Part shown: piece by piece, positions 61,601 through 64,000 of the stretch
How positions within the stretch are numbered: the first letter of the stretch is position 1
Layout: each line of letters starts with the position of its first letter
Assembly (NCBI GenBank): GCA_964199315.1
Contig: OZ116700.1
Span: 4,092,001-4,156,000, forward strand
DNA: 64,000 bases
Reading direction: 5' to 3'
Origin: Orbicella franksi
Taxonomy: Eukaryota
The notes under the pieces: model-generated
The model's database searches: none
Seen by the model: only the letters and a program-made list of their open reading frames with translations
What the model was told of the DNA's origin: nothing
Translations under genes and position numbers: made by a program

Positions 61601-63812
61601 AGGTCACTCTCTTTTTCAGGCGGTGGAAACGAGTGAATTAGATACGAAATGCTTGAGGTTCCCTTCGTTTGGTGGTTTGGAGATGTAAGTTTGTCAATGG
61701 ACTCGTTGGCAGCCTGTATTGACGTTGCCAAGTCTGAGGACACCAGCTGTATTCCTAGAAGCTTTTCCAGGACTTCTTTGCCTTCCAACAATGTCAGACT
61801 TTCTAAACTGAGCTTCTCAAAAGCCAGAGGTGACCGGAGAATGTCTGTTATGTCCTCTCTCTCATATCTCACATTTGCATTTGCGGGAATAACAACGTCA
61901 CCTTCAAACTCGGAACTCAAGATGACAACTCGTCCTCCTGGTTTAAGACACCGATTACTTTTTTGGAGGACATTCGGAGGAGGTGAGTAAAAAAATACGA
62001 CGGCATCAAAACTGTGTAGAGAATTATCCTTCAGACCATAGGAACTCTGACGCACAACTCTTTCCGCACCCAACTCAAGGAGAAGAGCTTTCGCGGACGT
62101 TTGGCAAGTGTCGGAGATGGTGCAAAATACTCTGTGTCCTAGTGTTCTTGCAAGGACAACTGCTGCTGGCCCAGGGCCACGATTGGCTTCATGTATCAGT
62201 AATTTCAGGCTTTCGTGTTTTCCTGATTCAACTCTTTGAAGAGCATGAGAAGCTATAGCTAGGCACGCAGGGATGTAAGCTGCTTGTTCCTCCGTCACGC
62301 TGGTTGGTTTTACAAAAACGTTGTTGGTTTGGATGGAAAGAGAGGGAGAGACCCGTCCAGAAGCGATGACACCACACACCTCATCTCCAATCTGTAGCTG
62401 AGTGTTTTCGCTGTTTTCTGGTAGACCAGTCACCTTTCCAACGACGAAGACACATCCTCTTGGTCTGGATACATCTATCAGTGATTGAGAGGGTGTCCAG
62501 CAATATAGCAGGTCTATCTTGAGCTCAGAATCGGATGTCTTTGAATGACTGTTTTCGCGCAGGCAGAGTGTTCTTGATGATGGAATAGATGATAAGTACA
62601 TGGACCTCTTCTTCTTCAGTTCACTTCTAATTGCTTTTGGTTGCTCTGGGGAAATTGTTGTTCTCACTACACGATTTATGAAACGTTTGCCATCCCGAAA
62701 GGCCACTTCTTCTTCAATGCTGTCGCCCAGAATCTCATCAATCAAGGACCCGGCTTCACGTATATCTCTTTTGTTGTTCAGGTCAACAGCTGTTACCCTG
62801 AAATTGAATTCTTCGAGGTTTGCTGTTCGTCGAAGACCCCAGACTGTAGAAGCCCACGGGATTGTATCAGTCCTAGGAGACTTGTCACAGGCGTCTAACA
62901 GCTGTGTACGTTCGGTGATGAGGAACAGTCGAGTATCGAACCACTCCTTCTCAATCACCAGCTTAAGCAAGAAGACAGAGCTGCTTAAGGCGAGACGTTG
63001 GGCTTGATCAATCACATCGAAGCTATTCGGTAGGAGAGTCGTTTCTACCGGCCACATGTTGATGACCTTTAGGTTGGATGAATGGCTAGGTGGTACATTG
63101 GAAAAAGCTGCGCTGATTGCTTCTTCTGCCTTGGAGTTGAAGCATCCGGCATTTGGCGGCTCAACTGTGATGACATTGACTTGAGCTTCCTGAAGTCTTG
63201 TGACTAACAAATCGGAGAAATCGGTGGATTCTCTCAGCACTAGGCAAGTCACGTTTGGTGAGGCTTTGCTCTGTTCGTGTAACTCATCCTCCATCCACTG
63301 AATTTCATAGCCAAGGCCATCAAGGAGAAATCGTCGTGGTGTGCTAGTCAATTCTGTGATGCGAAACTCACTCATGGTAAGTAAGACATTTCCGGACGGA
63401 CTCATGAGGGAAACATCAAATTTTCCAAACTCAGTCGCATCCGCCGTGACGTGGCAGTACAGCTGTTTGGTACAGGGCATGTTGCACAGAGAAATTCTCT
63501 TGAAACCCACTGGCACAACGGAGGTGTCTTCAGTTTCTGAGTTCCCAAGTGGAACAAAGCAAGATTGAAGACAGGTGTCTAAAATGGAAGGATGGATCAC
63601 ATAATCAGCAGCTTCTTTTTGAATGACCGGCGATCCACTGATGTCAACTAAGCAAAGTCCCTCGTTATCACCCCGCCATATTTGCTTGATGATCCAGAAA
63701 TTAGGCCCATAGTTGAAGCCATACCTCTCCGTTATTTCTTTGAAATGTTCCATCGGCATAGTCGTCATATTTGTGATGAGTTCCTTTACGGCTGGTCCAA
63801 CGTCATTGGAAG
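55608..63812 (-). CDS. Paralogous FAS-like type I PKS, 3' portion (DH C-terminal half-pseudoKR-ER*-KR-ACP-TE-PH-like); 5' exons lie beyond the window
   Basis: Exons 63812-61369, 61241-61079, 60738-60460, 60285-59900, 59618-59322, 59000-58683, 57935-57705, 57512-57191, 56411-56283, 55828-55608. Phases are identical and lengths are equal to or within 9 nt of the first PKS. No stops or frameshifts. Motifs: HPSILDTCLQ, AGGLRGFG, GIVHSAMVLRD, SYSGCN, YGIDST, GYSYG, PGDHYS. Confidence 0.93.
56506..56744. mobile_element. Palindromic MITE in an intron of the second PKS
   Basis: Long TIRs AATAGACCATTTTACAGTTGTCTGCT and AGCAGACAACTGTAAAATGGTCTATT, with imperfect pairing continuing inward. Confidence 0.85.
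58347..58548. mobile_element. PIF/Harbinger-type MITE in an intron of the second PKS
   Basis: TIRs GGCCCCGTCCACAC and GTGTGAACGGGGCT, flanked by TAA on both sides. Confidence 0.85.
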
Positions 63813-64000
63813 CTGCGAGAAAACAAAAAAGAAACAATTGAACGTTTACCTTCCATATTATGGATTGTTGACCAAGCTTGGTAGATAATCAATATTAGTA
63901 CAATTTCCAGAGGTGAATATAAGAATTGGACATTCTGATTCGTCGAAAAACTCGGCTTATGACGCTTTATAGTGAATATAACATTTCCGAGCTTGGTTAC

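Overview
Eukaryotic, intron-containing animal DNA. The dispersed repeats look like those of anthozoans or stony corals, but that is recognition from memory, not a database result. All four genes are on the minus strand. (1) The first four exons of macoilin lie at 1.8-2.8 kb. (2) A stand-alone Patched-domain/NPC1-like 12-TM RND protein lies at 8.4-15.2 kb. (3) A ~3,560-aa chimeric megasynthase lies at 18.5-34.3 kb: a complete 12-TM Patched/RND transporter-like module fused in frame, inside one 5.7-kb exon, to a FAS-like iterative type I PKS (KS-AT-DH-pseudoKR-degenerate ER-KR-ACP-TE), followed by a PH-like C-terminal domain. (4) The 3' part of a tandem paralogous PKS with identical exon phases lies at 55.6-63.8 kb and continues beyond the window. 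The two PKS genes are separated by a ~16.5-kb complex, hierarchically duplicated repeat array. MITEs, a SINE, a minisatellite and a Penelope-type palindrome with a hammerhead core are scattered through the window. The main candidate novel system is the membrane-anchored 'transporter-synthase' plus its same-strand neighbours, which resembles a metazoan version of bacterial pks-mmpL clusters. Exon models were built by hand from GT/AG sites and reading-frame continuity. The first coding exons of genes 2 and 3 are tentative.
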